A DNA stretch of 63,887 bases, filler included, from Octopus bimaculoides (GCF_001194135.2; 7 parts of 7 records of this genome joined end to end with filler, not necessarily neighbours in it), one strand, 5' to 3'. Numbered from the whole stretch's first letter, positions 13,262-26,349 are shown. Notes: generated by a model from the letters alone, not told the origin. Translations and numbers: made by a program.

Positions 13262-14000
13262 TCAGGGGCCAAAATTAATCGCAAGCTTTGACTGCAATAT
13301 GGGCGTCAATGCTCTTCTGCACAGAAGTGTGTATAAGTGGATTGAAAAGTTTTTAAATGGCCAGACAAGCATGAAGCACAAAGAAGGAGCTGGACGCCCA
13401 TCAACCTCAACCTCAGATGTCACGATTGAACAAGCTTGAGAGATGGTTCTAACAAACTGACCAGTGACCATCAATGAGGTGGCATGTTCTTTCAGCAAAT
13501 TAGCAACGGTTTTGCATACAGAATACTCCAAGACAGCTTTGAAGAAAAAGTAAAGTTCCTTCTCAAGTCATATAGACTCCAAGAGCCAATTTCCATTTCC
13601 ATGGCGTGTGTATATTTCCCACCTGGATGGGACACTGGTCTGTCACAGGATAACTTATTTTTGCCAGCTGGGTGGACTGGAGCAACGTGAAATGAAGTGT
13701 GTTGCTCAAGATCACATCTCCCAATCCAAGAATTAAAACCACAATCTTACAACCCACTAACCTAACCACTGAGCCACGCACCTCCACCGCCAAGGGAGCT
13801 TACCAAAATGCATAAGCACATTCATGTGATCGGTTAGTGCTTACTCAATCATTACAGTAATGAGGGCAAAGCTTTCTTTTGGAGAGAACAGTCATATGAG
13901 ATAAGACTTTGGCCCATCGCTTTCAGCCAAGATCTGAAAAGCAGCGCATGGAGTGGGAAACGCCTGGAATCACCAACACAAAAGAAATTCATGACTCAAC
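13262..14000 (+). mobile_element. Mariner transposase fragments interrupted by a SINE
   Basis: VYKWIEKFLNGQTS...GAGRPSTS (HTH linker) and HRFQPRSEKQRMEW (post-first-D motif). Confidence 0.65.
13570..13790 (-). mobile_element. tRNA-headed SINE with CORE-like central domain
   Basis: Minus strand GTGGAGGTGCGTGGCTCAGTGGTTAGG...TTGAGCAACACACTTCATTTCACGTTGCTCCAGTCCACCCAGCTGGCAAAAAT. Confidence 0.6.
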
Positions 14001-14468
14001 CTTCACAGTCTGTCTGTCTTTCTCATTCACTATTTATCTATATGGCTATCTGTCTCTCTTTCTCTCACTTTCTCTCTCTACCTCTTTAACTATCTATCTT
14101 TTTATTTATAATAATATTAGGGACAAAATCCAAAATTACAGGTAAAAACTCAATTAATTATTAGTTTTTAATTATTAATTTTTCTATATGTGATAGTGGA
14201 TTTTCATCGAAGAGTTCTTGAAACTTGGTTCTTTTCCCTAAAACTATATATCTTTTTATTTACCTATTCATCCAGCCATCAATCTATTTTCCTCTCTATT
14301 TACCTTCCTATCTATCTTTCTATCTATGGTATGTTCTTATATCTCAAGTCTGAGTGGTTGGCTAATATGTATGTATATATGTATGTATTATGTATGTATG
14401 TATGTGTTTGTATACTGTGTATACATACATACTACACACATCCCTGTCTGTGTTTCTTTCTTGTCCAG

Positions 14469-14595
14469 TGAGCAGAAGCGTCAGTTGAAGGCTCAGAAGA
14501 AAGCCCAGGAGAAAGCAGAAAAGTGTGCCTTAGTGTCACCATCAGAGAAGCAGAACAAACTCATCAGCACCGATGACGATGATATTGATCCAAAT
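14469..14595 (+). CDS. KARS1: Lysyl-tRNA synthetase internal exon (EQKRQLKAQKKAQEK...DDDDIDPN)
   Basis: TTGTCCAG acceptor, GTGAGT donor; peptide matches the LysRS N-terminal basic helix (ELKRRLKAEKK) and DPN; begins in phase 2 and ends in phase 0, joining the next exon. Confidence 0.92.
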
Positions 14596-14714
14596 GTGAG
14601 TAACCCCCCCACTTTTTCATTGTTTATTATTCCAGGTGGGGCAGGTTCTTCAGACTCACCTCGTCACATGTTCCACTCATCTTCGATATGTGTGTGTATA
14701 TCTGCGTTTGTAAA

Positions 14715-14960
14715 ATACACCATTTTGAGCGTGGCCGTTGCCAGTACCGCCTGACTGGCCTTTGTGCCGGTGGCATGTAAAAAGCACCCACTACACTCTC
14801 GGAGTGGTTGGCGTTAGGAAGGGCATCCAGCTGTAGAAACTCTGCCAAATCAGATTGGAGCCTGGTGTAGCCATCTGGTTTCACCAGTACTCAGTCAAAT
14901 TGTCCAACCCATGCTAGCATGGAAAGCGGACGTTAAACGACGATGATGATGATGATGATG
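14715..14960 (+). mobile_element. RTE LINE 3' UTR fragment inside a KARS1 intron
   Basis: GGCATGTAAAAAGCACCCACTACACTCTCGGAGTGGTTGGCGTTAGGAAGGGCATCC...GTTAAACGA(CGA/TGA)n. Confidence 0.8.
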
Positions 14961-15315
14961 AAAACCAAGTACTTATTCTATCAGTCTCTTTTGCAAAACT
15001 GCTATGTTACAGAGATGTAAGCACACCCACACCAGTTGTCATGTTTTGATGGGGGACAAAGACACACAAACACAAACAAACAAACAGACAAACAACAGGC
15101 TTATTTTAGTTTCTGTCTACCAAAATCCACTCACAAAGTTTTGGTTGGTCCAAGGTTAAAATAGAAGACAGTTACTCAAGTGAGACTGAACCTGGAACCA
15201 TGTGGTTGGGAAGCAAGCTGCTTACCACACGGCCATGCCTTATTATGATGATAATACAGTACTCTTCCATCTCTCTCTCTTTCTCACTTACTCACTCTAC
15301 TTATTTTTCCTGCAG

Positions 15316-15481
15316 GAGTACTTCAGAATCCGTACTAAGGCTGTGGAACAGCTGAAGGTGAGTGGCAACGACCCATATCCACACAAGTTCCATGTGTCGC
15401 TGTCACTGAACACTTTCATCGAGAAATATTCCGATGTCGAACCAGGCTCTGTAATGGAAGATGTTGAAGTCAGTGTCGCAG
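15316..15481 (+). CDS. KARS1: Lysyl-tRNA synthetase exon (EYFRIRTKAVEQLKVSGNDPYPHKFHVSLSL...EVSVA-G)
   Basis: TTTTTCCTGCAG acceptor, GTAAAG donor; diagnostic DPYPHKFHV motif; 166 nt, phase 0 to 1. Confidence 0.96.
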
Positions 15482-16457
15482 GTAAAGTGTGGGGGCTCAT
15501 GCATGGCTGTATGGTCAAGCATGTGAACCCTTCCCTTTTTAAAAAAAAATTTTTTTAAACAGGTGCAGCAGTGGCTGTGTGGTAAGTAGCTTGCTTCCCA
15601 ACCACATGGTTCCGGGTTCAGTCCCACTGCGTAGCACTTTGGACAAGTGTCTTCTACTATAGCCTTGGGCTAATCAAATCCTTATGAGTGGATTTGGTAG
15701 ATGGAAACTGAAAGAAGCCCATCGTATACATATATATATATATTTATATATATATATAAATATATACACACATATATATATACATATATATATATATACA
15801 TATATATATACNNNNNNNNNNNNNNNNNNNNNNNNNNNNNNNNNNNNNNNNNNNNNNNNNNNNNNNNNNNNNNNNNNNNNNNNNNNNNNNNNNNNNNNNN
15901 NNNNNNNNNNNNNNNNNNNNNNNNNNNNNNNNNNNNNNNNNNNNNNNNNNNNNNNNNNNNNNNNNNNNNNNNNNNNNNNNNNNNNNNNNNNNNNNNNNNN
16001 NNNNNNNNNNNNNNNNNNNNNNNNNNNNNNNNNNNNNNNNNNNNNNNNNNNNNNNNNNNNNNNNNNNNNNNNNNNNNNNNNNNNNNNNNNNNNNNNNNNN
16101 NNNNNNNNNNNNNNNNNNNNNNNNNNNNNNNNNNNNNNNNNNNNNNNNNNNNNNNNNNNNNNNNNNNNNNNNNNNNNNNNNNNNNNNNNNNNNNNNNNNN
16201 NNNNNNNNNNNNNNNNNNNNNNNNNNNNNNNNNNNNNNNNNNNNNNNNNNNNNNNNNNNNNNNNNNNNNNNNNNNNNNNNNNNNNNNNNNNNNNNNNNNN
16301 NNNNNNNNNNNNNNNNNNNNNNNNNNNNNNNNNNNNNNNNNNNNNNNNNNNNNNNNNNNNNNNNNNNNNNNNNNNNNNNNNNNNNNNNNNNNNNNNNNNN
16401 NNNNNNNNNNNNNNNNNNNNNNNNNNNNNNNNNNNNNNNNNNNNNNNNNNTATATAT

Positions 16458-16780
16458 CCCTTTAGCATTTAAACCAGATATGTCCACCTAAATATTCTCC
16501 CTGTTTTATGTTCAAAACGACCAGATCCAGCCTCTCACACCTACCCCACAATGTCATTCTAAAAATAAACAATCACATCTTTGAAATCTCAAAGCTATGA
16601 GATAATGCATGATTAATTGAAAACAAGGCCAGATCCAGCCTCTCACACCTACCCTACAATGTCATTCTAAAAATAAACAATCACATCTTTGAAATCTCAA
16701 AGCTATGAGATAATGCAGGATTAATTGAAAACAATGTGAATAAATAAGGATTATATTGGACAGGGTGATCTGAATGCTGA
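16458..16780. mobile_element. MITE (CCCTTTAGCATT...AATGCT) with an internal ~108-bp tandem duplication
   Basis: CCAGATCCAGCCTCTCACACCTACC...GATTAATTGAAAACAA occurs twice (about 16521 and 16629). Confidence 0.6.
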
Positions 16781-17125
16781 TGGGTGGCATTTCGTTTGTC
16801 CCTATGTTCTGAGTTCAAATTCTGCTGGGGTCAACTTTGCCTTTTGTCCTTTCGGGGTTTGATAAAGTAGGTACCAGTCAAGCCCTGGGGTTGATGTTAT
16901 CAACTAACTCCCTCCCATCAAAAGTTTGTGCCTCTCGTAGAAAGGATTGATACATTGAATATATATAGGCGTGGGCATGGCTGTGTGGTAAGTTTCCTTC
17001 TCAATGACATGGTTCTGGGTTCAGACCCACTGTGTGGCACCTTGGGCAACTGTCTTCTATTATGACTTTGGGCTGAACAAAGCCTTTTGAGTGGATTTGG
17101 TAAATGGAAACTGAAAGAAGCCAAT

Positions 17126-17172
<47 letters not shown>

Positions 17173-18144
17173 NNNNNNNNNNNNNNNNNNNNNNNNNNNN
17201 NNNNNNNNNNNNNNNNNNNNNNNNNNNNNNNNNNNNNNNNNNNNNNNNNNNNNNNNNNNNNNNNNNNNNNNNNNNNNNNNNNNNNNNNNNNNNNNNNNNN
17301 NNNNNNNNNNNNNNNNNNNNNNNNNNNNNNNNNNNNNNNNNNNNNNNNNNNNNNNNNNNNNNNNNNNNNNNNNNNNNNNNNNNNNNNNNNNNNNNNNNNN
17401 NNNNNNNNNNNNNNNNNNNNNNNNNNNNNNNNNNNNNNNNNNNNNNNNNNNNNNNNNNNNNNNNNNNNNNNNNNNNNNNNNNNNNNNNNNNNNNNNNNNN
17501 NNNNNNNNNNNNNNNNNNNNNNNNNNNNNNNNNNNNNNNNNNNNNNNNNNNNNNNNNNNNNNNNNNNNNNNNNNNNNNNNNNNNNNNNNNNNNNNNNNNN
17601 NNNNNNNNNNNNNNNNNNNNNNNNNNNNNNNNNNNNNNNNNNNNNNNNNNNNNNNNNNNNNNNNNNNNNNNNNNNNNNNNNNNNNNNNNNNNNNNNNNNN
17701 NNNNNNNNNNNNNNNNNNNNNNNNNNNNNNNNNNNNNNNNNNNNNNNNNNNNNNNNNNNNNNNNNNNNNNNNNNNNNNNNNNNNNNNNNNNNNNNNNNNN
17801 NNNNNNNNNNNNNNNNNNNNNNNNNNNNNNNNNNNNNNNNNNNNNNNNNNNNNNNNNNNNNNNNNNNNNNNNNNNNNNNNNNNNNNNNNNNNNNNNNNNN
17901 NNNNNNNNNNNNNNNNNNNNNNNNNNNNNNNNNNNNNNNNNNNNNNNNNNNNNNNNNNNNNNNNNNNNNNNNNNNNNNNNNNNNNNNNNNNNNNNNNNNN
18001 NNNNNNNNNNNNNNNNNNNNNNNNNNNNNNNNNNNNNNNNNNNNNNNNNNNNNNNNNNNNNNNNNNNNNNNNNNNNNNNNNNNNNNNNNNNNNNNNNNNN
18101 NNNNNNNNNNNNNNNNNNNNNNNNNNNNNNNNNNNNNNNNNNNN

Positions 18145-18186
<42 letters not shown>

Positions 18187-18408
18187 AATTTATATACTCA
18201 ACTACCTCATAAACAGGAGTTACACCCCAGTCATTTTGTGATCTTTGCTACCCTGGTATCTATTAACCAATTTATTTTGTCTGAGTTATTTATTAATTAG
18301 GAGAAAATAAATACATATAATAATATATATATATATGTGCAGTCTCAATATATACTCTCGCTCTGTTTATCTCTCTCTCTCTCTCTCTCTCTTCATTGTC
18401 ATTTATAG

Positions 18409-18491
18409 GTATTATAGATCTGAAGATGAATTCCTGTCAACAAATGAAAAAGTGAAGAGAGGAGACATGGTAGGAGTAAGAGGATACCCAG
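18409..18491 (+). CDS. KARS1: Lysyl-tRNA synthetase anticodon-binding domain exon (R-YYRSEDEFLSTNEKVKRGDMVGVRGYP-G)
   Basis: ATTTATAG acceptor, GTATGT donor; matches LysRS YKSEEEF...LRRGDIIGVQGNPG; not in the ORF track. Confidence 0.9.
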
Positions 18492-19269
18492 GTATGTATA
18501 TATATGTGTGAGTGTGTGTATGTATATTTGTACAGTTTTATATATTTTTTTTATATCTATACTCACTGTGAGTCACTCTCACACACTCACCTTCTCTCAC
18601 TCACCCTCATTGTTAGTCACTCAAACTCACTCCCTCCCACCCTCTCTCACTCACTCTGAGTCACTCAAACTCACTGTCACTCTCTCACTTTTACCCTCTC
18701 TCACTCCTTCACTCATACTGACTGTGAGTCCCTCAAACTCTCTCTCACTCTCACTCACTCCATCTGTCCATCCATTACGTTACATCACAATGGACTCTCT
18801 TCTCTCGTTAAAGGATCAGAGTTCTGCAATTTCTTGCTGAACAAACCTTACTTGCTTTCTTCATGCTCTTGCTTGATGGGGCTGGGCTCATCCCAGGTTA
18901 GAGGTCCCAGAGGCAGCATCATGAGCCAACAAGATCCACCAGTGCTCTCTATCGTTGGCAGTCCCATGCCAGCCCCTCTGTCTTCTCCAAGGTAACGGTG
19001 AACCTCTGGAGATCTTCCCCAATCACATCCAGCCAACTGGGGTTGTTAATTAGTTAATTAACGTAGGTGACTCTGAGGAAACCCCACTAAGGTTAGAAAA
19101 TCAATTAAGTCTATCCATCGTTTTTTCCAATCTATGGAGAAGTAGTTAAATTTTTTCTGTTTGTATGTTTACTATGTAGATTGCATATGCACACACGTGT
19201 GTGTGCATATGTAAGTTTTATATATGTATTTGTTAATATATATATATATATATATATATCTATATAAAC

Positions 19270-19466
19270 AGGAAACAACTTCTATCTCATTCCAGGGTGA
19301 AAAACTAGAGGTAGTCGATAGCTTCCGCTATCTGGCTGACCAAGTTAGTAGTGGGGGTGGGTGCGCTGAAAGTGTAGCTGCTAGAATAAGAATAGCCTGG
19401 ACAAAGTTTAGAGAGCTCTTACCCCTGCTGGCGACAAAGGGACTCTCACTCAGAGTAAAAGGCAGA
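19270..19466 (+). mobile_element. RTE LINE ORF fragment (post-RT region)
   Basis: GEKLEVVDSFRYLADQVSSGGGCAESVAARIRIAWTKFRELLPLL...LSLRVKGR. Confidence 0.85.
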
Positions 19467-19566
19467 NNNNNNNNNNNNNNNNNNNNNNNNNNNNNNNNNN
19501 NNNNNNNNNNTTAATTAATTAANNNNNNNNNNNNNNNNNNNNNNNNNNNNNNNNNNNNNNNNNNNN

Positions 19567-19603
<37 letters not shown>

Positions 19604-20167
19604 CAGGCTTCTTTCAGTTTCCGTCTACCAAATCCACTCACAAGACTTTGGTTGGCTCGAGGCTATAGGAGAAGACACTTGCCCAAGGTGCCACGCAGTG
19701 GGACGGAACCCGGAATCATGTGGTTGGGAAGGAAGCTTCTTACCACACAGCCACACATTCTTTTATTCTTTTATTCTTTTATTCTTTCATCTGTTTCAGT
19801 CATTTGACTGCGGCCATTCTGGAGCACCGCCTTTAACTTAGTCAAAGAAGTCAACCCAAAGACTTATTCTTTGTAAGCCTAGTACTTATTCTATCGGTCT
19901 CTTTTGCTGAACTGCTAAGTTACGTGGACGTAAACACACCGACATCGGTTGTCAAGTGATTGTTGGGCGACAAACACAGATATAAACACATAAATACATA
20001 CATATATACATACGAAGTTTCCTTCTACCAAATCCATTCACAAGACTTTGGTCGACCCGTGGCTATAGTAGAAAACACTTGGTCAACGTGCCATGTAGTG
20101 GAACTGAACCCGGTACCATGTGGCTGGGAAGCAAGCTTCTTACCACACAGCCACAGCCACACCTGCA

Positions 20168-20243
<76 letters not shown>

Positions 20244-21135
20244 CTGCAATCCAATGAGCGAAACAAGTAAAAGACAAAAAAGACCTATAAACAATCATAC
20301 AAACCCCAGATCTACTGAAGACATGCGAATTACAACTGAGACTTCTTAGAATAAAAAAGAATTCTGTATTTCCTTTGAAAGATAATGGCTGTTTGCTTCT
20401 ACTTTATTGTCTTTCAATGTTCGTCGTTTTCTACTTTTCGAAATACCATTTATTTCACGACAAGTAAATACGTCAAAAAGATGATTCTATCGTTGAATTA
20501 AGAATTTTTTTATTCAAAAAATACGTGATTTTCTTTAGAATGATTGAAATTGTTTCTTCTGTTTGGAAATTTCCAAACACCATCTATTTTATTTTGAATC
20601 GTTGGTTTATATTTGGTTAATTACTAGTATAAATATTGATCATTCCTTTCTTTCCTCTACATCCTTTCCGTGTTATGTATTAGTTCGTCCGTGGGGAGGA
20701 AGGTGGTGTAGTGGGGTCCGATAGGTGATTGGCTTATGCTCTGAGGAACAGATTGTCAGCCCCCTCTTTGGCGCTCAACATTACTACCCACACACACGAT
20801 TACACACATATGCGCATTTTCTTCCTAGTTTGGACAAGGCATCTGACTTCGAATATGAAGATGGCGTCGTTGAGTCTCGTCGTGCTCGTAAACCTTTATT
20901 TTCCAGGCAGTGCCTCAGCATGGGCGCGATCCAATGATTGAAACAAGTAAAAGAAAGATGTAAATGTTCATTTGTTGGTGTATGTTACAATGACATAAAA
21001 TCACAGGATTAAAGAGATTAAAGGATTACCCCCATGCCCCACCCCACAAAATCTACAAACATTTTTTAGCGAATGTTTGAGCTGCAATTTTGGTAATTTT
21101 TTGATAATGAAACATTTTTCGTTTTGTTTTTACAG

Positions 21136-21163
21136 CCATGTTACGGTATGGATAAAATTGAAG
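21136..21163 (+). CDS. Candidate 28-nt micro-exon (PCYG-MDKIE), probable upstream exon of the EF-hand gene
   Basis: Strong TTTTCGTTTTGTTTTTACAG acceptor and GAAG|GTAAGA donor; ends in phase 1, matching the 25734 acceptor to give MDKIE-A-LQERF. Confidence 0.5.
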
Positions 21164-21419
21164 GTAAGACAAAACATTTGTCCTTTGGTTGAAGAAGGAT
21201 GTACGTGTGGTTGAGTTATAATCTGTCAGTGTGTTGGCTATGCAATATAGACTCGGATTCACAATTTGGGTATTCGTATCTTATTGGGAATTCCTAAAAA
21301 CAAAATCATGTGTAAGACAGTTCAGTATTCTTTGTAAATGCACAAAAAACCCGTTTTAAGGGCTACATATTTTGTATTGTTGTTATTGGATTAGCAAAAC
21401 AATTATGAGAACGGAACCA

Positions 21420-21465
21420 AGGGTTAAGCCCCGCTTTCCCGGGAATTACCGGGTACGTCAGCTAG
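21420..21465 (+). mobile_element. Helitron 3' terminus
   Basis: CCCGG-GAATTA-CCGGG hairpin, short spacer, CTAG|T. Confidence 0.65.
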
Positions 21466-21880
21466 TAACTATCGTAAATATGAGGCTAATAAATTAACAT
21501 AATTTATTACCAGTGGTTAGCATGCATAAATAAAAGTCATAAGACGTAACATATTTTCAAAAATATAAAAGTGGTTAGAATCTTTCTATACACAACGAGG
21601 AGACTTTTGACAGGACTCCTTACATGCTAAAAAGGCCACTGAAAACCTAAACTACGAAAAGAAGAATTCATGAGGCTCGCCGATTATAACACAAAATCGA
21701 ACAAAAAAGTGAATTAGTTAATCCCGAACTCGAGTTTCGCCATTAATCTCCAAAATAAGCTAATTTGGGATCTGTGGCTCGTCAGTGAGATCGCTAATTA
21801 ATGAATAATTATGTAGTTGCAAATACGTACCTGTTTGTGTATAGAAAGATTCTATACACTTTTATATTTTAAAATATTTT

Positions 21881-21911
<31 letters not shown>

Positions 21912-21917
<6 letters not shown>

Positions 21918-22081
21918 TAAATTTATAATTATATACATAATTATTTTAAAGAGAGGGGATTATTAACCACGCCAACACGCTAGATATAGATGCCAAATGA
22001 CATCTATATCTAGCGTGTTGGGGTGGTCAATCCGCTTCCTTTAATATAGATATGTATATATAATTATAAATTTAGTATATA
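21912..22081. repeat. Foldback / MITE-like inverted repeat
   Basis: ATACTAAATTTATAATTATA...CAACACGCTAGATATAGATG-CCAAATGA-CATCTATATCTAGCGTGTTG...TAATTATAAATTTAGTAT. Confidence 0.7.
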
Positions 22082-22943
22082 AAATTACCTACAAGCTTTT
22101 TATTTCACGCTGACCACTTCATTAAATTCATTAAAGTGATTTTATCCATAATTCTATATAAAGAATAATATATATATATACGTACACATACGTATATAAA
22201 TGTATATGTACATGGATGTCTATGTACCTATCTGTCTATCTAAATTTGTTTGTGTGTGTATATGTGTATGTGTGCATGTGTCTATACGGGTGCGTGAACG
22301 TTATCCACAATTACCAACCCATTCAGAAAAGCTTCTTTAGTGCCCACGTAATCAGAGCCACCACACGCACACAAACACACACACACGCACACCACGTACA
22401 TGCACACACACGCACACACAAAGATTGGCATCAGAGACTTAGCATATTCCATCCAAAAGGTCTTTTGCAAAAAAATTCCGGTTTCTATTTTGTAATTTCT
22501 ACTGTGGTTCTGGTTTCTCATTTCAATATAATTAGATTTTAGTTTAGACCAAGCCAAAGAAATAAAACGAAAAAAACCCAGCAAAAAAAGAAACAAACAA
22601 ATAAAAAAATAAAGAAAAAGAACATGAATATAAGCAAAATACCAACCAACAAATTACAAAATAGGAAAAATAAAGCGAAAAACAGAGAAAATGTTATTAA
22701 CATGTCTTAATGTGTAATTTCGTAATATGCGCGCAATACCGTCGATATATATTGAAGTGGCGTGTGTGTGTGTGTGTGTGTATTTGTGTGTGTGTGTGTG
22801 TATGTGTGTGTGTGTATGTGAGTGTGTGTGTGTGTGTGTACGTGTGTATATGAATTTCTGATGTGTGTACAAATCTACATATGTTCCTATATATGCATAT
22901 ATGTATGAATATATACGTACGTATATTCGCATGTACACGTACA

Positions 22944-22983
<40 letters not shown>

Positions 22984-23185
22984 TACACATATATATAAAA
23001 GATGGGGGTGGAAATATCTATATATATATGTACAATATGATTTGTTTACATCTCTAATCTTTTTTCAACACACACACATATATATGCACACACACATATG
23101 TATATATATTTGTGTGTGTGTATATATGGATGTATGTATGTATGCATGAATATATGTATGGTATGCATGAATATATGTATATGTG

Positions 23186-23244
<59 letters not shown>

Positions 23245-23557
23245 GTATATACATACTTATACATATGTACACCTTTTGCATGCTTATATATATCCATACT
23301 TGTACACTCATACAGCCATACTTGTACATGAATGTATAATCATGGAATACATTTTGACCTCAAGGCATTTGCCGAAATGCACCACTTTTTAATTAAATAA
23401 AAAACCCCAAACATCTCACCACATTAATTAACATTTAATCTATTTATATGTATGTCAGTAGAATAAATGCTAATGGAATTATCTGTACGTACGTATGTAT
23501 GTATATATATGTGTATCTCTCTCTCTCTGTCTCTGTCTCTGTCTGTCTCTGTCTGTC

Positions 23558-23618
<61 letters not shown>

Positions 23619-24746
23619 CCACATATATATTATATACAAAGACAGGTACACATACACATGTATGCATACACATAACTACGTGTATGTATGTGTATACATA
23701 TGCAAGAGTTTTAGTCATACAAATCGACCCTAGGACTTACTCTTTGTACGCCTAATACTTATTCTATCGGTTTCTTTTGCCGAACCGCTAAGTTACGGGG
23801 ACGTAAACACACCAACGTTGGTTGTCAAGCGATGGTGGGGGATAAACACAGACACGCACACAGACACATATTTATATATCCACGACAGGCTTCTTTCAGT
23901 TTCCGTCTACCAAATCCGCTCACAAGGCTTTGGTCGGCCCGAGGCTTTAGTAGAAGACACTTGCCCGAGTTTCACAGTATAAAATATATATAAATATAAA
24001 ATATATATAAATATGAAATATATATATATATATGTATATATNNNNNNNNNNNNNNNNNNNNNNNNNNNNNNNNNNNNNNNNNNNNNNNNNNNNNNNNNNN
24101 NNNNNNNNNNNNNNNNNNNNNNNNNNNNNNNNNNNNNNNNNNNNNNNNNNNNNNNNNNNNNNNNNNNNNNNNNNNNNNNNNNNNNNNNNNNNNNNNNNNN
24201 NNNNNNNNNNNNNNNNNNNNNNNNNNNNNNNNNNNNNNNNNNNNNNNNNNNNNNNNNNNNNNNNNNNNNNNNNNNNNNNNNNNNNNNNNNNNNNNNNNNN
24301 NNNNNNNNNNNNNNNNNNNNNNNNNNNNNNNNNNNNNNNNNNNNNNNNNNNNNNNNNNNNNNNNNNNNNNNNNNNNNNNNNNNNNNNNNNNNNNNTATAT
24401 ATATATATATATATATATCAATGAATGTACATGGATATGTGTATGTGTGCTTTCAACACATTGTGTATCAGTGCAAATACACTCAGAAATATACACACCA
24501 TCCTACACCGTCGCATTCACGCAGGTAAGGACGAAGTTCTCCATGTTCACAGCAACCACTGTCATCCTCCCGCTGGCCTTTAATAATGAACTGATGAGAA
24601 TTTGTGGCTTCCCATTAGAATTTGTCATTTATTGAGTTATTTGGTGAACCTAGTATTTGTATACATACGTGTATGTATATGTATAAATGTTTCTGCGTAC
24701 ATATGTGTGTGTGTGTGTGTGTCGGTGTCTTTGTGTNNNNNNNNNN

Positions 24747-24760
24747 TATAAAACTAAGGA

Positions 24761-24792
<32 letters not shown>

Positions 24793-25233
24793 CGCGCGCG
24801 TAGTGCGTACGTGTGTGTTAAACCCGAGGAACTTCTGAAGTTCGCAACCGATTTTCTCCAAACTAGGAACATACATTACTTATGTTCCAGAGATGGTTTT
24901 AAATTCTTAAATTTTTTCACATAATGAGTAATGCCCCCACTCCCCCGAGTGCAGAAGACCCTCTTTCGTACGACTGCCTGCATGGTGCACGCATTGTTTC
25001 TGTTCAAACTGGAAAAAAACAGCTACTGAAATGATACAAGTAGGTTGTATTAAATAGATGAACTGATGTAGACTTCTAACTGCATTGTCTTAGTGGTAGC
25101 AATAATATCCTGTTCCTATACTACCATAGGTAGCAATTTGTTGGAATAAAAACCGTTTGGAACGTACTATGTTTATTATGAAAAATATGCTAAAATATGT
25201 TAAATTCCGAGCAGCGCCGGGTATGTCTGCTAG
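24747..25233 (+). mobile_element. Non-autonomous Helitron (intronic)
   Basis: TATAAAA+(GT)n near the 5' end, AACCGATTTTCTCCAAACT motif, 3' CCGAGCAGCGCCGGGTA...CTAG|T. Confidence 0.7.
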
Positions 25234-25266
25234 TGTTGTATAAACATAGATACGGTCTGTGTGTGA

Positions 25267-25304
<38 letters not shown>

Positions 25305-25504
25305 ACAGTAATCCATGGATTGAATTTATAAATATATTGATGTTTCTTACGACCATAATCCGTATTCCTGGGATGATTACTGTACAATCCGTTATATCAA
25401 AGGACATCAGGCAGATCTTAGTTCATGCATTCATTTCTTCAGGCGATATGGTATTAAAGTTGGAAGTAACGAATATATAACTGAAGGATGTTTATCAATT
25501 TTCA

Positions 25505-25548
<44 letters not shown>

Positions 25549-25551
25549 GTG

Positions 25552-25679
<128 letters not shown>

Positions 25680-25733
25680 TCGCCTGCCAGTAAAAATAAC
25701 ATTTCTATGTTTGTTTGTTACCTGTTTTTCTAG

Positions 25734-25880
25734 CTCTCCAAGAGCGGTTCCACCGTTTCTTTGATTTGAACAAAGATGGCAGAGCGACAAAGAAAGAAGT
25801 CACCAATTACCTCATGAAATACGATCCTACCGTTTCAAAAAGTTTGGTGGAAGAATTCATAGCAAGCAGAGATCTAAATA
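25734..25880 (+). CDS. EF-hand Ca2+-binding protein exon (LQERFHRFF-DLNKDGRATKKE-VTNYLMKYDPTVSKSLVEEFIASRDLN)
   Basis: GTTTTTCTAG acceptor, GTAAGT donor, 147 nt, phase 1-1, open frame; EF loop 1 and start of loop 2; not in the ORF track. Confidence 0.85.
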
Positions 25881-25949
25881 GTAAGTAAGACCACATTAAG
25901 ATGGGGACAACTACAACAGTAGCTGCAGCCACCGTTACTGCTGCTGCTG

Positions 25950-25980
<31 letters not shown>

Positions 25981-26349
25981 CAACAACATCTCCCCAACAA
26001 CTCCTATAAACGTCTCACCGCCGCCGCGGCCACCACCGTTACTCACACAAGCACAACCACTACCGCATCACCTCCACACCACCACCGCTACATCCACGAC
26101 GACGACGACCACCACCACCACCACCATCACCACATCTTTCTTCAGATCGTGAACCTCGTCTGATTGTTTACAACAGAACAGACTCAAAAAACATGCATGG
26201 GAGACTGTGATAGTGTTAGACCAAGTGACGTATTAGGTTCACAACTCAAAAACAAATATTATCCCTCTGATAGTTTAAATTAAGTGCTTTAATTAAATTA
26301 AAATTGTTTAAATTAAATGGGTAAACTCTACCGGTTCTTTGTGTTGCAG

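Noticed and set aside
20868-20900. MKMASLSLVVL as a signal-peptide exon splicing to PCYG
   Set aside because: Weak donor (CTC|GTAAAC) and directly upstream of a SINE-tail remnant; left as speculation
24472-24524. AG...CAG|GTAAGG candidate exon; one frame reads RRIHA, like KARS1 GRIHA
   Set aside because: It lies downstream of the later KARS1 exon, lacks the rest of the motif, and no phase-compatible protein-like join to the EF-hand exons was found; a UTR exon cannot be excluded
24820-24890. PEELLKFATDFLQ resembling a PKA RII docking motif
   Set aside because: It lies inside a non-autonomous Helitron, downstream of (GT)n, with no acceptor or start
25443-25465. Possible small exon before the EF-hand exon
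   Set aside because: Weak GTAACG donor and no plausible upstream partner
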